The notes under the pieces: model-generated
What the model was told of the DNA's origin: nothing
Database searches by the model: none
The model's input: the letters and a program-made list of their open reading frames with translations, nothing else
Program-made: the position numbers and the translations under genes
Shown here: in pieces, positions 1 through 9,520 of the stretch
Layout: each line of letters opens with the position of its first letter
Position numbering within the stretch: position 1 is the stretch's first letter
From: an uncultured Clostridium sp.
GTDB taxonomy: Bacteria; Bacillota_I; Bacilli_A; RF39; UBA660
Length of the DNA stretch: 64,000 nt
NCBI GenBank assembly: GCA_902492325.1
Contig: CABULC010000006.1
Location: forward strand, 742-64,741
Reading direction: 5' to 3'

Positions 1-97
1 CTTTTTCTAGTTCTCCTTCAACTGTATCTTTATTCTTTTGAATTTGATATCCATAATATTTAGACCCATTATAACTTAAATTAATTAAATATTTCAC
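1..97 (-). CDS. truA: tRNA pseudouridine synthase A, N-terminal fragment (gene runs off the window)
   Basis: Reverse complement reads GTG-KYLINLSYNGSKYYGYQIQKNKDTVEGELEK, a TruA-type N-terminus. The GTG overlaps the ecfT TGA stop (GTGA). ecfA-ecfA-ecfT-truA is the usual Firmicute gene order. Confidence 0.6.
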   Translation of the reverse strand, partial: MKYLINLSYNGSKYYGYQIQKNKDTVEGELEK

Positions 98-852
98 TTT
101 ATTACACCTCTTTGAACTAAATACGCATAGACTAAAGCTAAATGGAATACTGTATAAAACAAATCATAAAAGCCTACTCTATTAGTTCTATAGTTAGTTC
201 TATATCTTTTCATATTATAAAGTCTAAGTTCTGATGCGAAAGCTATATCTCTACTTTTTCTTTTAGTAAGAGCTAATATATTTCCATATATAGTACTAAC
301 AGCATTCATTCTCCCAAACATATTAGAATGAAAATAATCTATTCCTCTACTAGCTTCTGCTTTTAATGTTTTATATTCTACTGTTAACATAAGTGGTACA
401 TATCTAAGCATTTTATTAATCTTAAAAGCAAATTTAGTTATTGGCAAATATAAAAAGTTAAAATATGATAAAAACTTTTCAATACCATATGCACTTTCAC
501 TAGGACTAGTAGTATAAGCAAGTATATTTAAATATTCTACTATTGTTATAAGTTTAATTAGATATGTAAATGCATCGGTCATACTAAGTCTAAAATAGGC
601 ACATATAAATACTATAAGAATATAAATATATCTTAAAGACCAAAATGTTCTAAAATAATATTTAAATGGTACAAAACTTAATAATTCCATACATAAAACT
701 AATGAAAATAGAAATAAATTTATATATAAAGAATCACTTAATATCATAAGTAATATAGCTATTATAAAATTAAATAGTTTTACTACTGGATTTAACCTAT
801 GAACTGAAGAATCAACGGGATAAAAAGAACCAAATGAATTTCTAGAATACAT
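94..852 (-). CDS. ecfT: ECF transporter transmembrane T component
   Basis: 252-aa polytopic membrane ORF with a CbiQ/EcfT-like N-terminus (HRLNPVVKL) and coupling-helix motif AEASRG. It overlaps the upstream ATPase ORF by 11 nt and sits between the ecfA genes and truA. Confidence 0.8.
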   Translation of the reverse strand: MYSRNSFGSFYPVDSSVHRLNPVVKLFNFIIAILLMILSDSLYINLFLFSLVLCMELLSFVPFKYYFRTFWSLRYIYILIVFICAYFRLSMTDAFTYLIKLITIVEYLNILAYTTSPSESAYGIEKFLSYFNFLYLPITKFAFKINKMLRYVPLMLTVEYKTLKAEASRGIDYFHSNMFGRMNAVSTIYGNILALTKRKSRDIAFASELRLYNMKRYRTNYRTNRVGFYDLFYTVFHLALVYAYLVQRGVIK

Positions 853-1684
853 CTCTATATACCCCCTTTATTAGGTCAAGTATATTAGTATAATCATGTA
901 TGTATCTTCCCTTTTTCTTACATTCATCTATAAATGTTACTATTTTAGGTACTTCTACTCCTATTTGATTTAATGCATCTATATCTCTAAGTAACTCCCT
1001 ACCACCAAATGCTACTAATTTAGTTAAATTCATTAAATAAACATAATCTGTTATTTGATAACAAAAATTAGTGTCTTTACTTAATAATATTATTGTCTTG
1101 TTATATTTATTTTTAAGAAGTCTTAAAAGTCTTATTAACTCTTTTTTATCATTATTATTAAGCCCAGCTGTATATTCATCAAGTATTAATATATTTGGAT
1201 TATACACAAGAGCACAAGCAAGTGCTACTTTTTTAGCATCTACTAGTGTTAAATCTTGTGGATTCATATTTAGGTAAGAGTCATCTAGTCCAACTAACTT
1301 TAAAGCATCACTAGCTCTTAAATCTATTTTCTCTAACTTATATTTGAAATATTTCATTCCAAATTCTATTTCACTTCTAACTGTTTTATTAAAGAACATA
1401 TCATATGGATTTTTAAATACATATCCAGTTTGAAATCTAAGTTTATTTATATTTTTTATTATTCTTCCATCATTAATAAATCTTCCTATTTTAACTTTAC
1501 CACGAGTAGGCATAATAAGAGCATTTATCAAGTCACCAATAGCAGTTTTACCACTATTACTTCTACCAATAAAAGAATATATTCCAGGACTCTTTATTTC
1601 AAATGATACATCACTTATTATAGTTTTTTCTAAAGGAGTATATGCATCTATAACAAAACTTACATGATCAAATTTTATTTCCAT
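842..1684 (-). CDS. ecfA2: ECF transporter ATPase component EcfA2 (EcfA'), partly divergent motifs
   Basis: Walker A GRSNSGKT, Q-loop RFQTGYVF and Walker B ILILDE are present. The signature reads LTLVD instead of LSGGQ, and the H-loop His is Lys (LLSKD). The C-terminal region is EcfA-type. Confidence 0.75.
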   Translation of the reverse strand: MEIKFDHVSFVIDAYTPLEKTIISDVSFEIKSPGIYSFIGRSNSGKTAIGDLINALIMPTRGKVKIGRFINDGRIIKNINKLRFQTGYVFKNPYDMFFNKTVRSEIEFGMKYFKYKLEKIDLRASDALKLVGLDDSYLNMNPQDLTLVDAKKVALACALVYNPNILILDEYTAGLNNNDKKELIRLLRLLKNKYNKTIILLSKDTNFCYQITDYVYLMNLTKLVAFGGRELLRDIDALNQIGVEVPKIVTFIDECKKKGRYIHDYTNILDLIKGVYRDVF

Positions 1685-2442
1685 AATGCACCTACCAATT
1701 CTTCATTTGTTAAATGATATTTATTTATAAGTCCATAATCCATTAAATATCTATTTAACTCAACTATAAATGGAAGACCAAGACCTAATCTTTTAAGTAT
1801 TTTTTCTTCATTTAAAACACTTAATGTCTTTCCTTCACATACTATTTTTTTCTCATATATTACTATTATTTTATCTCCATACATAGTCTCTTCCATATCA
1901 TTAGTAAAGTTAATAACAATACCACCATTTTTAGAATATTCTTTTAATATATCAAATGCTAATAATTTATCTTCATAGTCTAGTTCACAAAGCATATTAT
2001 CAATAACTATTATTTTAGGTTTAACTATTAAAGCAGATAATATTTTCATCTTAACTTTATCACTAGAACCAAGACTATTAGGATCTCTAATAAGTAATTC
2101 TTGTAATTTAAAATGTCTACTTTCAGTATCTATAAGTTCTCTTATTTCATTCTTTTTCATAGCTAAACTTTCAAGTCCAAAAGCTATTTCATCTTCAACA
2201 GTTTCTCCTACAAAAACATTTAAATGTTTATATAAAACAAAACTCATTCTTCTTCTAATAATATCTAATGTTTTAGGACTAAAACTTGTATCTCCTACTT
2301 CTATAGTAGCTTTTTTATTACCATGTAAAAGAGTATGAATTATTAAATCATTATTGTCTCCAATAACAGATACAAATTCACCTTCTTTAAGTTCAAAACT
2401 TATATCTTCCCCAAATTTATATTTAAAGTAAACATCTTCCAT
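1675..2442 (-). CDS. ecfA1: ECF transporter ATPase-like component EcfA1 with degenerate nucleotide-binding motifs
   Basis: Aligns with EcfA/CbiO over its full length, including the C-terminal LGLGLPFIVEL. However, Walker A is GDNNDLII (no GK[ST]), the signature is LGSSD, Walker B is IIVIDN (no catalytic Glu) and the H-loop is FTND. Start moved to ATG 2442 (MEDVYF), which has AGGAG upstream; the ORF-track start is 2457. Confidence 0.7.
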   Translation of the reverse strand: MEDVYFKYKFGEDISFELKEGEFVSVIGDNNDLIIHTLLHGNKKATIEVGDTSFSPKTLDIIRRRMSFVLYKHLNVFVGETVEDEIAFGLESLAMKKNEIRELIDTESRHFKLQELLIRDPNSLGSSDKVKMKILSALIVKPKIIVIDNMLCELDYEDKLLAFDILKEYSKNGGIVINFTNDMEETMYGDKIIVIYEKKIVCEGKTLSVLNEEKILKRLGLGLPFIVELNRYLMDYGLINKYHLTNEELVGALWK

Positions 2443-2502
2443 AATAATACTCCTCATAAGAATTATACTATATTTTTAAGTATTAAAAAAGATTTTATAA
2501 AT

Positions 2503-3126
2503 TTAATTTTTATAAAATCTATTATAGTAAAGTGCTATTAATATAGAACCAACTGAATTACCAAGTATCATTATAAATATATATAGAAGTGATTTCAAAC
2601 TTAATAAGTTTGCTACACTTATATAATACATATTAGCTATACTATGTTCAAATCCACTAAGTATAAATACCATTACACACATAAATATACATGAATACTT
2701 TCCTATTTCGTTATTTATCTTTTTATAATTGTTAACTGCTATATACATAAGTATTCCACATAACATAGCTAATATAAATATACTAAGTAAATTATCGCTA
2801 AGTTTTAGATTTACTAAGTCTACTGCTTTATCACTAACACTTTTAAATCTAGTAAGTAGTACTAATCTAGCAACTAAAAATGTACCAATAAAATTACCTA
2901 ATATTGTTATTAGTAATTCATAAATATAATTAAGTTTATTTATAAGTATATAACCAATCTTGCCTGTATATAAGTTCATTCCATACATACATATAACAAG
3001 TAGTCCAATTGAAAACAACAATGCACCAACTATATTATTATCAACTCTTAAATATACTGTACCAGCAATACCAATCATAATACCAGCAAATATACTTTTT
3101 ATTAAATAATCTAAATATTTTTTCAT
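2503..3126 (-). CDS. formate/nitrite transporter (FNT) family membrane protein
   Basis: Six-TM profile and the FNT hallmark GFEHSIANMYY. At 207 aa it is short for the family. Confidence 0.7.
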   Translation of the reverse strand: MKKYLDYLIKSIFAGIMIGIAGTVYLRVDNNIVGALLFSIGLLVICMYGMNLYTGKIGYILINKLNYIYELLITILGNFIGTFLVARLVLLTRFKSVSDKAVDLVNLKLSDNLLSIFILAMLCGILMYIAVNNYKKINNEIGKYSCIFMCVMVFILSGFEHSIANMYYISVANLLSLKSLLYIFIMILGNSVGSILIALYYNRFYKN

Positions 3127-4241
3127 TAATCTACCTCAAAATTTATAGTACACTTTTTTTCTTCAAGTAAACAGAAAGTTTTACTATTTTTATCAAACCT
3201 AAAACTATATTTTTTATCTCTAGTAGTTAATATTACCTCTTCATCATTTTCAACTGAATCATAATCAAATGATTTTTCGATTCTTTTAGTTCTCTTACTA
3301 TTTTCACTTACTTGTTCTTTAGTAGTAATAGTCAAATTAAATAAGTTATTCACTTTAACATCCATATCATCACTTACCCAAGATTTTTGATAAGCAGGAA
3401 TACTATTAATACACATAACAAAACCAACTATAAATAACACAAGTTTAATAAATTTACTAGAAGGTGTTGGTTTTTTCCATACTTTTCTAGATACAGGATT
3501 TATTGTTAATATAGCAGAAATTAAAATAAATAAAGAACCAAATGGATTATAATCCATATACGCAATAGCCACAAATATCTCATAAACAGCTAAACAATTA
3601 TAAAATTTATTTCTACTTTCAGGATGACTACTTACTTCAATAAAACAATCATATAACCATCCTATTACAAAAAATCCACCTGTAAATAAGTATAAGAAAC
3701 CCATACCAATTTTACCTTGAGCAAATTTATGAAGTCCAAATAATCCACCAAACATAGTTAAAACTATATGATCTTTTCCATTATCAACATTTTTATTTTG
3801 AGCATCAAGTTTATCATATTCACTAAAACTACTAATATATTTTTCATATTTAGTTTTATATTTTTCTATTTCTTTTTCAGTTGCTAAAGCTGTATATTTT
3901 TCATAATATTTTTGAGCTTCAGCTCTATATTCTTTAACTGTAAAGTCTTCAGTAGTAGCTCTTAATAATCCTAACCATACTTCTTTATTATCAGCATATC
4001 TTTCACTTAAAGAATAATATATATCATAGGCTTTACCATATTCTTTGAATTTAAGATTGGCTTTAGCATTTTTAAATTCTTGTTCTTCATCTATTTGACC
4101 AGCCATTAAATGTTTAACTTTTTTAACTTCATCATCTAGAATAAATTCATTACCACAGTACTCACATTTAGCTTTTTTACTATCCTCAGATATTTTTATT
4201 TTACCCTTACATTTAGGACACTCAGTATTAATTAGTTTCAT
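3126..4241 (-). CDS. zinc-ribbon plus TM2-domain membrane protein
   Basis: N-terminal CPKC..17..CEYC zinc ribbon. TM2-like segment GGLFGLHKFAQGKIGMGFLYLFTGGFFVIGWLYD. Strong SD (GGAGGGG). Confidence 0.55.
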   Translation of the reverse strand: MKLINTECPKCKGKIKISEDSKKAKCEYCGNEFILDDEVKKVKHLMAGQIDEEQEFKNAKANLKFKEYGKAYDIYYSLSERYADNKEVWLGLLRATTEDFTVKEYRAEAQKYYEKYTALATEKEIEKYKTKYEKYISSFSEYDKLDAQNKNVDNGKDHIVLTMFGGLFGLHKFAQGKIGMGFLYLFTGGFFVIGWLYDCFIEVSSHPESRNKFYNCLAVYEIFVAIAYMDYNPFGSLFILISAILTINPVSRKVWKKPTPSSKFIKLVLFIVGFVMCINSIPAYQKSWVSDDMDVKVNNLFNLTITTKEQVSENSKRTKRIEKSFDYDSVENDEEVILTTRDKKYSFRFDKNSKTFCLLEEKKCTINFEVD

Positions 4242-4249
4242 AACCCCTC

Positions 4250-4801
4250 CTACTTTTTATTCCATCTTGCTTCTAATGTTATATTACTACTAACAATTGA
4301 ATCAAAATCATATTTAATTCCATTATTATACCATCCAGCAAACTTATAACCTTTTCTAACTGGATCACTAGGAGCTATAACATTTTGATTTTCAAGAACA
4401 GTTGCTGTAGTGTTTTCTTCTCCATTATTATAAACAAAAGTAACAACAAACTCTAATCTATAATCAGCTTTTAATTTAACACTACCATTAACTTTATAGT
4501 TACTTCCAACATATTCACCATTTTCATCTTTCCAACCAATAAAATGATATCCTTCTTTAACAGGTTTTGGAAGTACAACTTCTTCATGTTTTTTAACAGT
4601 TAAATTACTAAAAACACTTCCACCATCACTATCAAAACTAACGGTATAATTACCATCAAACATATATATAAATAAATAAATTACCAAAACTAATAATACA
4701 AATGAAATAATTAGTTTTGTATAATCTTTCTTATTAACTTTCTTATTAACCTTTTTACTTTTAATATTTTTATTTCCTTTTTTACTCACACTTACCACCA
4801 A
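4250..4801 (-). CDS. membrane-anchored protein with two Listeria-Bacteroides (Flg_new) repeats
   Basis: Lys-rich N-terminus followed by one TM. Two repeats end in GYHFIGW and GYKFAGW. The start codon is uncertain (TTG or GTG). Confidence 0.55.
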   Translation of the reverse strand: MVVSVSKKGNKNIKSKKVNKKVNKKDYTKLIISFVLLVLVIYLFIYMFDGNYTVSFDSDGGSVFSNLTVKKHEEVVLPKPVKEGYHFIGWKDENGEYVGSNYKVNGSVKLKADYRLEFVVTFVYNNGEENTTATVLENQNVIAPSDPVRKGYKFAGWYNNGIKYDFDSIVSSNITLEARWNKK

Positions 4802-4990
4802 TTTAATTATACTATACTATATAATTTAAAACCACACCAAAAATAAAAAAAGTTTATTTTAAATAAACCTTTCCATTAACATATAATTTATATCCATTAA
4901 AATCTATATTAAAGTTACTATCGTCTTCATTATCTTAAGATGTATTATCTGGTAAAATTAAATATTTTAGTTATTTAATTAATACTGAAA

Positions 4991-5012
4991 ATGATGACAA
5001 ATAAGTCATCAT
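4991..5012. terminator. bidirectional hairpin at the 3' end of the carboxypeptidase gene
   Basis: atgatgac-aaataa-gtcatcat, followed by T7 on the plus strand and preceded by A-rich sequence. It overlaps the stop of the 5009 gene. Confidence 0.5.
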
Positions 5013-6154
5013 TTTTTTCTTATATTACCAGTAATTATATCTTTAAGATTATTAATTAATACTTTAAAGTAAGATGCTTTCTTTACTTCTTCATTAACAA
5101 TTAGATCATATTTATATTCTTTAGAGTCATAGTTAAGTATTAACTCTCCTACTTTAGTCCCTTTCTTTAAAGGTGCTTTTAATTTATCAAGTTCTATCTT
5201 TTTACTATAATTAACATCTCTAGTATTTTTATCAACAATTAATTTAACATCATTATCTAAGTAATAATTATATTCTTTATTTTCACTACCACTTATATTT
5301 ATTTTACCAGTGTATTTATTTTTCTTAAGTATTACTTCACTTCCATACATACTGTATCCATACTCCATCATACCTATCGTATCACTACTTCTGTTATCCT
5401 TAGAACTACTTTTCATTACAACGCTAATAAGTCTCATATTATTTTTATTCATAGTTGCTGTTAAACAATACCCTGCTTTATCTGTATAACCTGTTTTAAG
5501 CCCATCAATCCCTTTATAGAACTTAACAAGTTTATTAGTATTCACGAGCCAATGATTCTCTCCTGATACTGTTATATATTCATCATATGTACTAGATATT
5601 TTAAGTGCTAGTTCATGTTTAACTAACTCTCGAGCCATTAATGACATATCATAAGCAGTAGTCAAGTGTCCTTCTTCATCAAGCCCATGAGGATTCTTAA
5701 AAGTAGTATTCTTACATCCAAGTTCTCTTGCTCTTTCATTCATCATATTAACAAAATTTTCAACTGTTCCACCCAACTTTTCAGCAAGTGCAACCGCCGC
5801 ATCATTCGCAGAAGCAATACCTACACCTTTAATTAAATCTTCAACTTTAACATTACTTCCTGCTTCAACATATATTTGAGTTCCACCCATATCTTGAGCA
5901 TTTTTTGAAATTAACACATCATCATTCAAACTAATCTTTCCACTCTCAAGTGCTTCCATTGTAAGTAACATAGTCATTATCTTAGTCATAGAAGCAGGAG
6001 CCATTTTCTTATCCTTATCTTTCTCAAATAATATTTTTCCAGTACTAGCTTCTACTAAAATAGCAGTTTCACTATTTTTAGCAAGTCCAATTTCAGTAGC
6101 ATTAACATTAAATAAAATTATTAAACTTAACAATATAAAAAAGACTTTCTTCAT
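5009..6154 (-). CDS. D-alanyl-D-alanine carboxypeptidase (PBP5/DacA-DacF type, peptidase S11)
   Basis: Signal peptide; SMTK (SxxK), SAND (SxN) and KTGYT (KTG) motifs; C-terminal PBP5 domain. Start set to ATG 6154 (MKKVFF), which has GGTGA upstream. Confidence 0.85.
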   Translation of the reverse strand: MKKVFFILLSLIILFNVNATEIGLAKNSETAILVEASTGKILFEKDKDKKMAPASMTKIMTMLLTMEALESGKISLNDDVLISKNAQDMGGTQIYVEAGSNVKVEDLIKGVGIASANDAAVALAEKLGGTVENFVNMMNERARELGCKNTTFKNPHGLDEEGHLTTAYDMSLMARELVKHELALKISSTYDEYITVSGENHWLVNTNKLVKFYKGIDGLKTGYTDKAGYCLTATMNKNNMRLISVVMKSSSKDNRSSDTIGMMEYGYSMYGSEVILKKNKYTGKINISGSENKEYNYYLDNDVKLIVDKNTRDVNYSKKIELDKLKAPLKKGTKVGELILNYDSKEYKYDLIVNEEVKKASYFKVLINNLKDIITGNIRKK

Positions 6155-6202
6155 ACATATCACCAATAAATAATATGCATTTAAAAATCTTTTATCATTC
6201 TT

Positions 6203-7345
6203 TTATATATTCTTTAAAGCAAACTCTAATACTTTATCTTTATTATTTATGAAATCTTCTTTAGTACTTTTAACATAATAATCAGGTTTAAATATCACAG
6301 GTTTAAATACTTCACTATCTATCTTTTCAATATCTTCTTTATTAGAAATTTTCATATCCATACCAGGAATAAAATAACAAGTTGAAACAGCAAATCTATA
6401 TTTACCTATATCTAACCACACTTGTTCACCATAAGAATTGAATGGAGCCCCTATTCCTTCACCAACGGTAGTGCATCCAATTTTAATTAAATCATAAAGC
6501 GCTATACTGCCTGATGAAAACACTCTATAATCTGTTAAAACAACTAACTTCTTATCTTTATGTTCACCTAAAAAATCTAATAAAGGCTTATTTAATCCAG
6601 AATTACCGCCAATATTACCTCTTAAATCTATAATAATTTTATTAATCTTATTATAATCTAAATCACTAACTTCTCTAATAGATTCTTCTATTATAGATTT
6701 ATATTCATTTTGTACTGAACAATGTCTATATATAAGAGTATTATCTTTTATTTCATAAGTACCAGTTTCTCCATAATAATATTCTTCTATATCAAACTGT
6801 TCATCACTAGTCATAGCATCTCTTTTATCAATTGTTCTCTTCTCTATCTCACCACTAATAGTCTTAAATTCAAAAATTAACTCTTCACTCTCTCTTAAAG
6901 AAGGTAAACTAAATAACAAACTCATATCAAATAAAGACTTCTCAAGTTCATATCTTTTCTTTTCACTAGTTCCATATGTAATAACATCATCTAATTCATT
7001 TAATATATTACTAACACTTACTTCATTTATAGATTCGAGTGTACTTCCCTTTAAACCATCTGGATAGTTAACAACAACTTCTTCATCAAATATTCTATAA
7101 TTAAATGGAAGTATAACTGTTCTCATCTTAAACTTAGTGTGCGCATCATCCATCCCATTAAGTCTCTTAATAATATAATTCATAAAGTAATTAAATTTAT
7201 ATCCATCATCTATTTCATACTTATTAATTAACTCTTTACACAAATTTTCTAATTCTTCTTTTACTATATTATGCCATGGATTTACATGTAATCTTTCATA
7301 TTCACTTATAAATTCTTTTAATACATTTTGATAATATTCAAGCAT
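6203..7345 (-). CDS. peptidase S41-like protein (no signal peptide seen)
   Basis: DLRGNIGGNSG and VLTDYRVFSSGS resemble the S41 tail-specific protease core motifs. Confidence 0.5.
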   Translation of the reverse strand: MLEYYQNVLKEFISEYERLHVNPWHNIVKEELENLCKELINKYEIDDGYKFNYFMNYIIKRLNGMDDAHTKFKMRTVILPFNYRIFDEEVVVNYPDGLKGSTLESINEVSVSNILNELDDVITYGTSEKKRYELEKSLFDMSLLFSLPSLRESEELIFEFKTISGEIEKRTIDKRDAMTSDEQFDIEEYYYGETGTYEIKDNTLIYRHCSVQNEYKSIIEESIREVSDLDYNKINKIIIDLRGNIGGNSGLNKPLLDFLGEHKDKKLVVLTDYRVFSSGSIALYDLIKIGCTTVGEGIGAPFNSYGEQVWLDIGKYRFAVSTCYFIPGMDMKISNKEDIEKIDSEVFKPVIFKPDYYVKSTKEDFINNKDKVLEFALKNI

Positions 7346-7391
7346 ATTTCACACTCCTAGTATATTAATTATATCATAATATTTTAACACA

Positions 7392-7422
7392 TAAAAAAAT
7401 TGTTAATCATAAGACTAACAAT
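7392..7422 (-). terminator. intrinsic terminator after the SPFH/zinc-ribbon operon
   Basis: Minus strand: ATTGTTA-loop-TAACAAT followed by TTTTTTTATG. Confidence 0.6.
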
Positions 7423-7433
7423 CTTTATATTTA

Positions 7434-8003
7434 TTATTTACTTTCTATTTTTCTTCTACAAAACTTACAAGTACCAGTTTTTTCAGTTAACATGTTATCA
7501 GCACCGCAATATGGACATATAACAACACTAGTATTTTTAGCTATCTCACGCTTTTCTTTCATAATTAAATCATTTTTTCTAGAAATTTCATCATTTCTTT
7601 TCTCTTGATTTGTTATATAAGACTTAACATAAGATTTTGTTTTATCTACTATAGAACCAACTATAGAAGAAATTATTAAAAATATAATTCCAACTATTAT
7701 AAGTAATTTACTATATTTAATAAAATTCTCATTATATATATTTGAATTAATTATTGTATCAAAATATGGAATAATACTTGTTTTCAAATTAAATATTTTA
7801 AATATATACTTTACTAGTTTAGGAATTAATATTATAAGCCCAATTGAAACTAGATAATATGGAGTAGATATTCTCCTTCTATCATAATAATAAACAATAT
7901 ATCTAAATATTAATAAACATACTCCTAAAAATGGTACAAAGTAAAGTGCAACTAATAGCACTGGAATACTACATAATATTTTAAGAAATATATTATCTCT
8001 CAT
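7434..8003 (-). CDS. polytopic membrane protein with C-terminal zinc ribbon
   Basis: About 4 TM segments, a charged helix, then CPYC..11..CKFC. The start lies 2 nt after the stop of the upstream ORF (translational coupling). Confidence 0.45.
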   Translation of the reverse strand: MRDNIFLKILCSIPVLLVALYFVPFLGVCLLIFRYIVYYYDRRRISTPYYLVSIGLIILIPKLVKYIFKIFNLKTSIIPYFDTIINSNIYNENFIKYSKLLIIVGIIFLIISSIVGSIVDKTKSYVKSYITNQEKRNDEISRKNDLIMKEKREIAKNTSVVICPYCGADNMLTEKTGTCKFCRRKIESK

Positions 8004-8005
8004 AA

Positions 8006-9517
8006 TTATTTATCTTCCTTTTTAGATGAATTTTGCATTAAGTCTTTAACCATATTAACTTCAGGAACAGCGTCTGACAATTTCTTTAATAATTTGCTTT
8101 GACTAGTTGCTCCATTAACATTTGTATTATTAGCACCTTCCATATAATAATTAGAAAGTCCAGTTTTTCTTCTTATATAAGTATCTACTGTTCTTAAGTT
8201 TGTTACTTCCTTTTTTGTTTCAGTTTCGTATGTATGTCTAGCTCCAGAGTTACGATATCTACTATGCATAATAAAGAAGAATATAAAACCAACTGCTAAG
8301 AATAGCCAACTTCCTTCAAAATCATCAGCAGTAAACATCATTGCAAATATTCCAGCTAATTCAACTAAAAATGACATTAAGATTAACTTAGGCATATGTA
8401 TAGGTACACTACCCATAGTTTCTTCAGTTCTAGCATTAACAGCTACATAATGTAACACTTTTTTATTTCCTTGTACTTCTAGATAACTATAAAGCCATAC
8501 TGGTAAATATGCAGCTTTCCATTGTTGACCTTTAACATTAAATTCTTCACTAGACCAAGCAACACCTCTATCATAATTCTTTAATGATTCATTAGCAGCA
8601 AATCTAGCTACATCTTTTGATTGTACTTTTACTAATTCTTTTAACTCATCAACATTAACATTTCTTTTTTCTGAAGTATAGCCTCTCATATAATTAGAAT
8701 CATATTTAACAGCGTTTTCAGTATCAAAAGGCATAATAGCATTTATAACATTATTGGTTTTACTCTTATCTTCATTATTTAATCTATCAGAATTAGATTC
8801 AATTGTTAAACCATTAATTGCTAAATCAAACTCTCTTTCTACATTATATAAATCAGCATCATATCTTTTCTCTTCACTATTACCTGATTTAACTGTATAG
8901 GAACGAACTAAATGTTCACCTTGACCAACTAGTTTAGCATGACTATTTACATCTACTATCATATATGGAAAGTATACACCCATTATATTCTCAGTAGTAA
9001 ATTCTTTTCTAAATTTAGGATTAGCAAAGAATTTACGTTTACCAACAAATCTTTCTATAGCAGCTCTAGCTTGATCTTTAGTTAACTTAAATGGCAAAAC
9101 CACATCAGGAATAGACCCATTAGGTATTTGTTGATTTATAGATAAAACATTTCTACACCAATGGCATCTAGCATGTGATGCTTCATTTGTATCAACTACA
9201 ATTTCAGCACCACAACTAGTACACTTAAACGTTAAAACATTATTAGTATCAGCTACAATATTTTGAGCTCCAGAACCCATAACTTCACCAGTAAGGTTTT
9301 TAATATCTTCTTCCATACCAGTTATCTTTTCTGGATCGAACTCATGTCTACAATAACTACATCTTAATTTTCCAGATTTTGGATTTAGTAATATATCTGT
9401 GGCTCCACACTTAGGACATCTATTTAATCCATCAGTTGAACCTTCATCAGTTTTAACTATCTTTACATTATTATCATTAGTATTAGGAGTAACATTTTCT
9501 AAATTATTACTCTCCAT
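8006..9517 (-). CDS. double zinc-ribbon membrane protein (YdjG-like, tentative)
   Basis: Two ribbons: CPKC..CSYC and CTSC..CHWC. Central soluble domain and two C-terminal TM helices. The start lies 3 nt after the SPFH gene stop. Confidence 0.45.
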   Translation of the reverse strand: MESNNLENVTPNTNDNNVKIVKTDEGSTDGLNRCPKCGATDILLNPKSGKLRCSYCRHEFDPEKITGMEEDIKNLTGEVMGSGAQNIVADTNNVLTFKCTSCGAEIVVDTNEASHARCHWCRNVLSINQQIPNGSIPDVVLPFKLTKDQARAAIERFVGKRKFFANPKFRKEFTTENIMGVYFPYMIVDVNSHAKLVGQGEHLVRSYTVKSGNSEEKRYDADLYNVEREFDLAINGLTIESNSDRLNNEDKSKTNNVINAIMPFDTENAVKYDSNYMRGYTSEKRNVNVDELKELVKVQSKDVARFAANESLKNYDRGVAWSSEEFNVKGQQWKAAYLPVWLYSYLEVQGNKKVLHYVAVNARTEETMGSVPIHMPKLILMSFLVELAGIFAMMFTADDFEGSWLFLAVGFIFFFIMHSRYRNSGARHTYETETKKEVTNLRTVDTYIRRKTGLSNYYMEGANNTNVNGATSQSKLLKKLSDAVPEVNMVKDLMQNSSKKEDK

Positions 9518-9520
9518 AAA

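Noticed and set aside
94-96. Alternative genetic code (TGA = Trp, Mollicutes-like), considered because of the extreme AT content and DUF285 proteins.
   Set aside because: TGA appears to terminate well-defined genes at the expected length (for example ecfT and the amidase). All conserved proteins are full length under the standard bacterial code, and the sporulation genes argue against Mollicutes.
1071-1277. Plus-strand 68-aa ORF inside ecfA2. The same class of antisense shadow ORFs occurs at 2729..2923, 9626..9835, 11118..11303, 14396..14680, 15467..15661, 31239..31439, 37255..37446, 38739..38948, 46184..46390, 51268..51486, 54794..55039 and 62294..62485.
   Set aside because: Each lies entirely antisense to a well-supported longer gene. 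They have low-complexity Leu/Ile/Phe/Ser-rich translations typical of AT-rich shadow frames, and no SD.
4861-4960. Minus-strand frame reading DNEDDSNFNIDFNGYKLYVNGKVYLK-stop in the dacA-downstream spacer, plus a possible short plus-strand transcript ending at the T7 terminator (4991..5019).
   Set aside because: The frame has no start codon or SD and is preceded by a stop, so at most it is a gene relic. The plus-strand promoter candidate (TGGTAAAAT) lacks a convincing -35.
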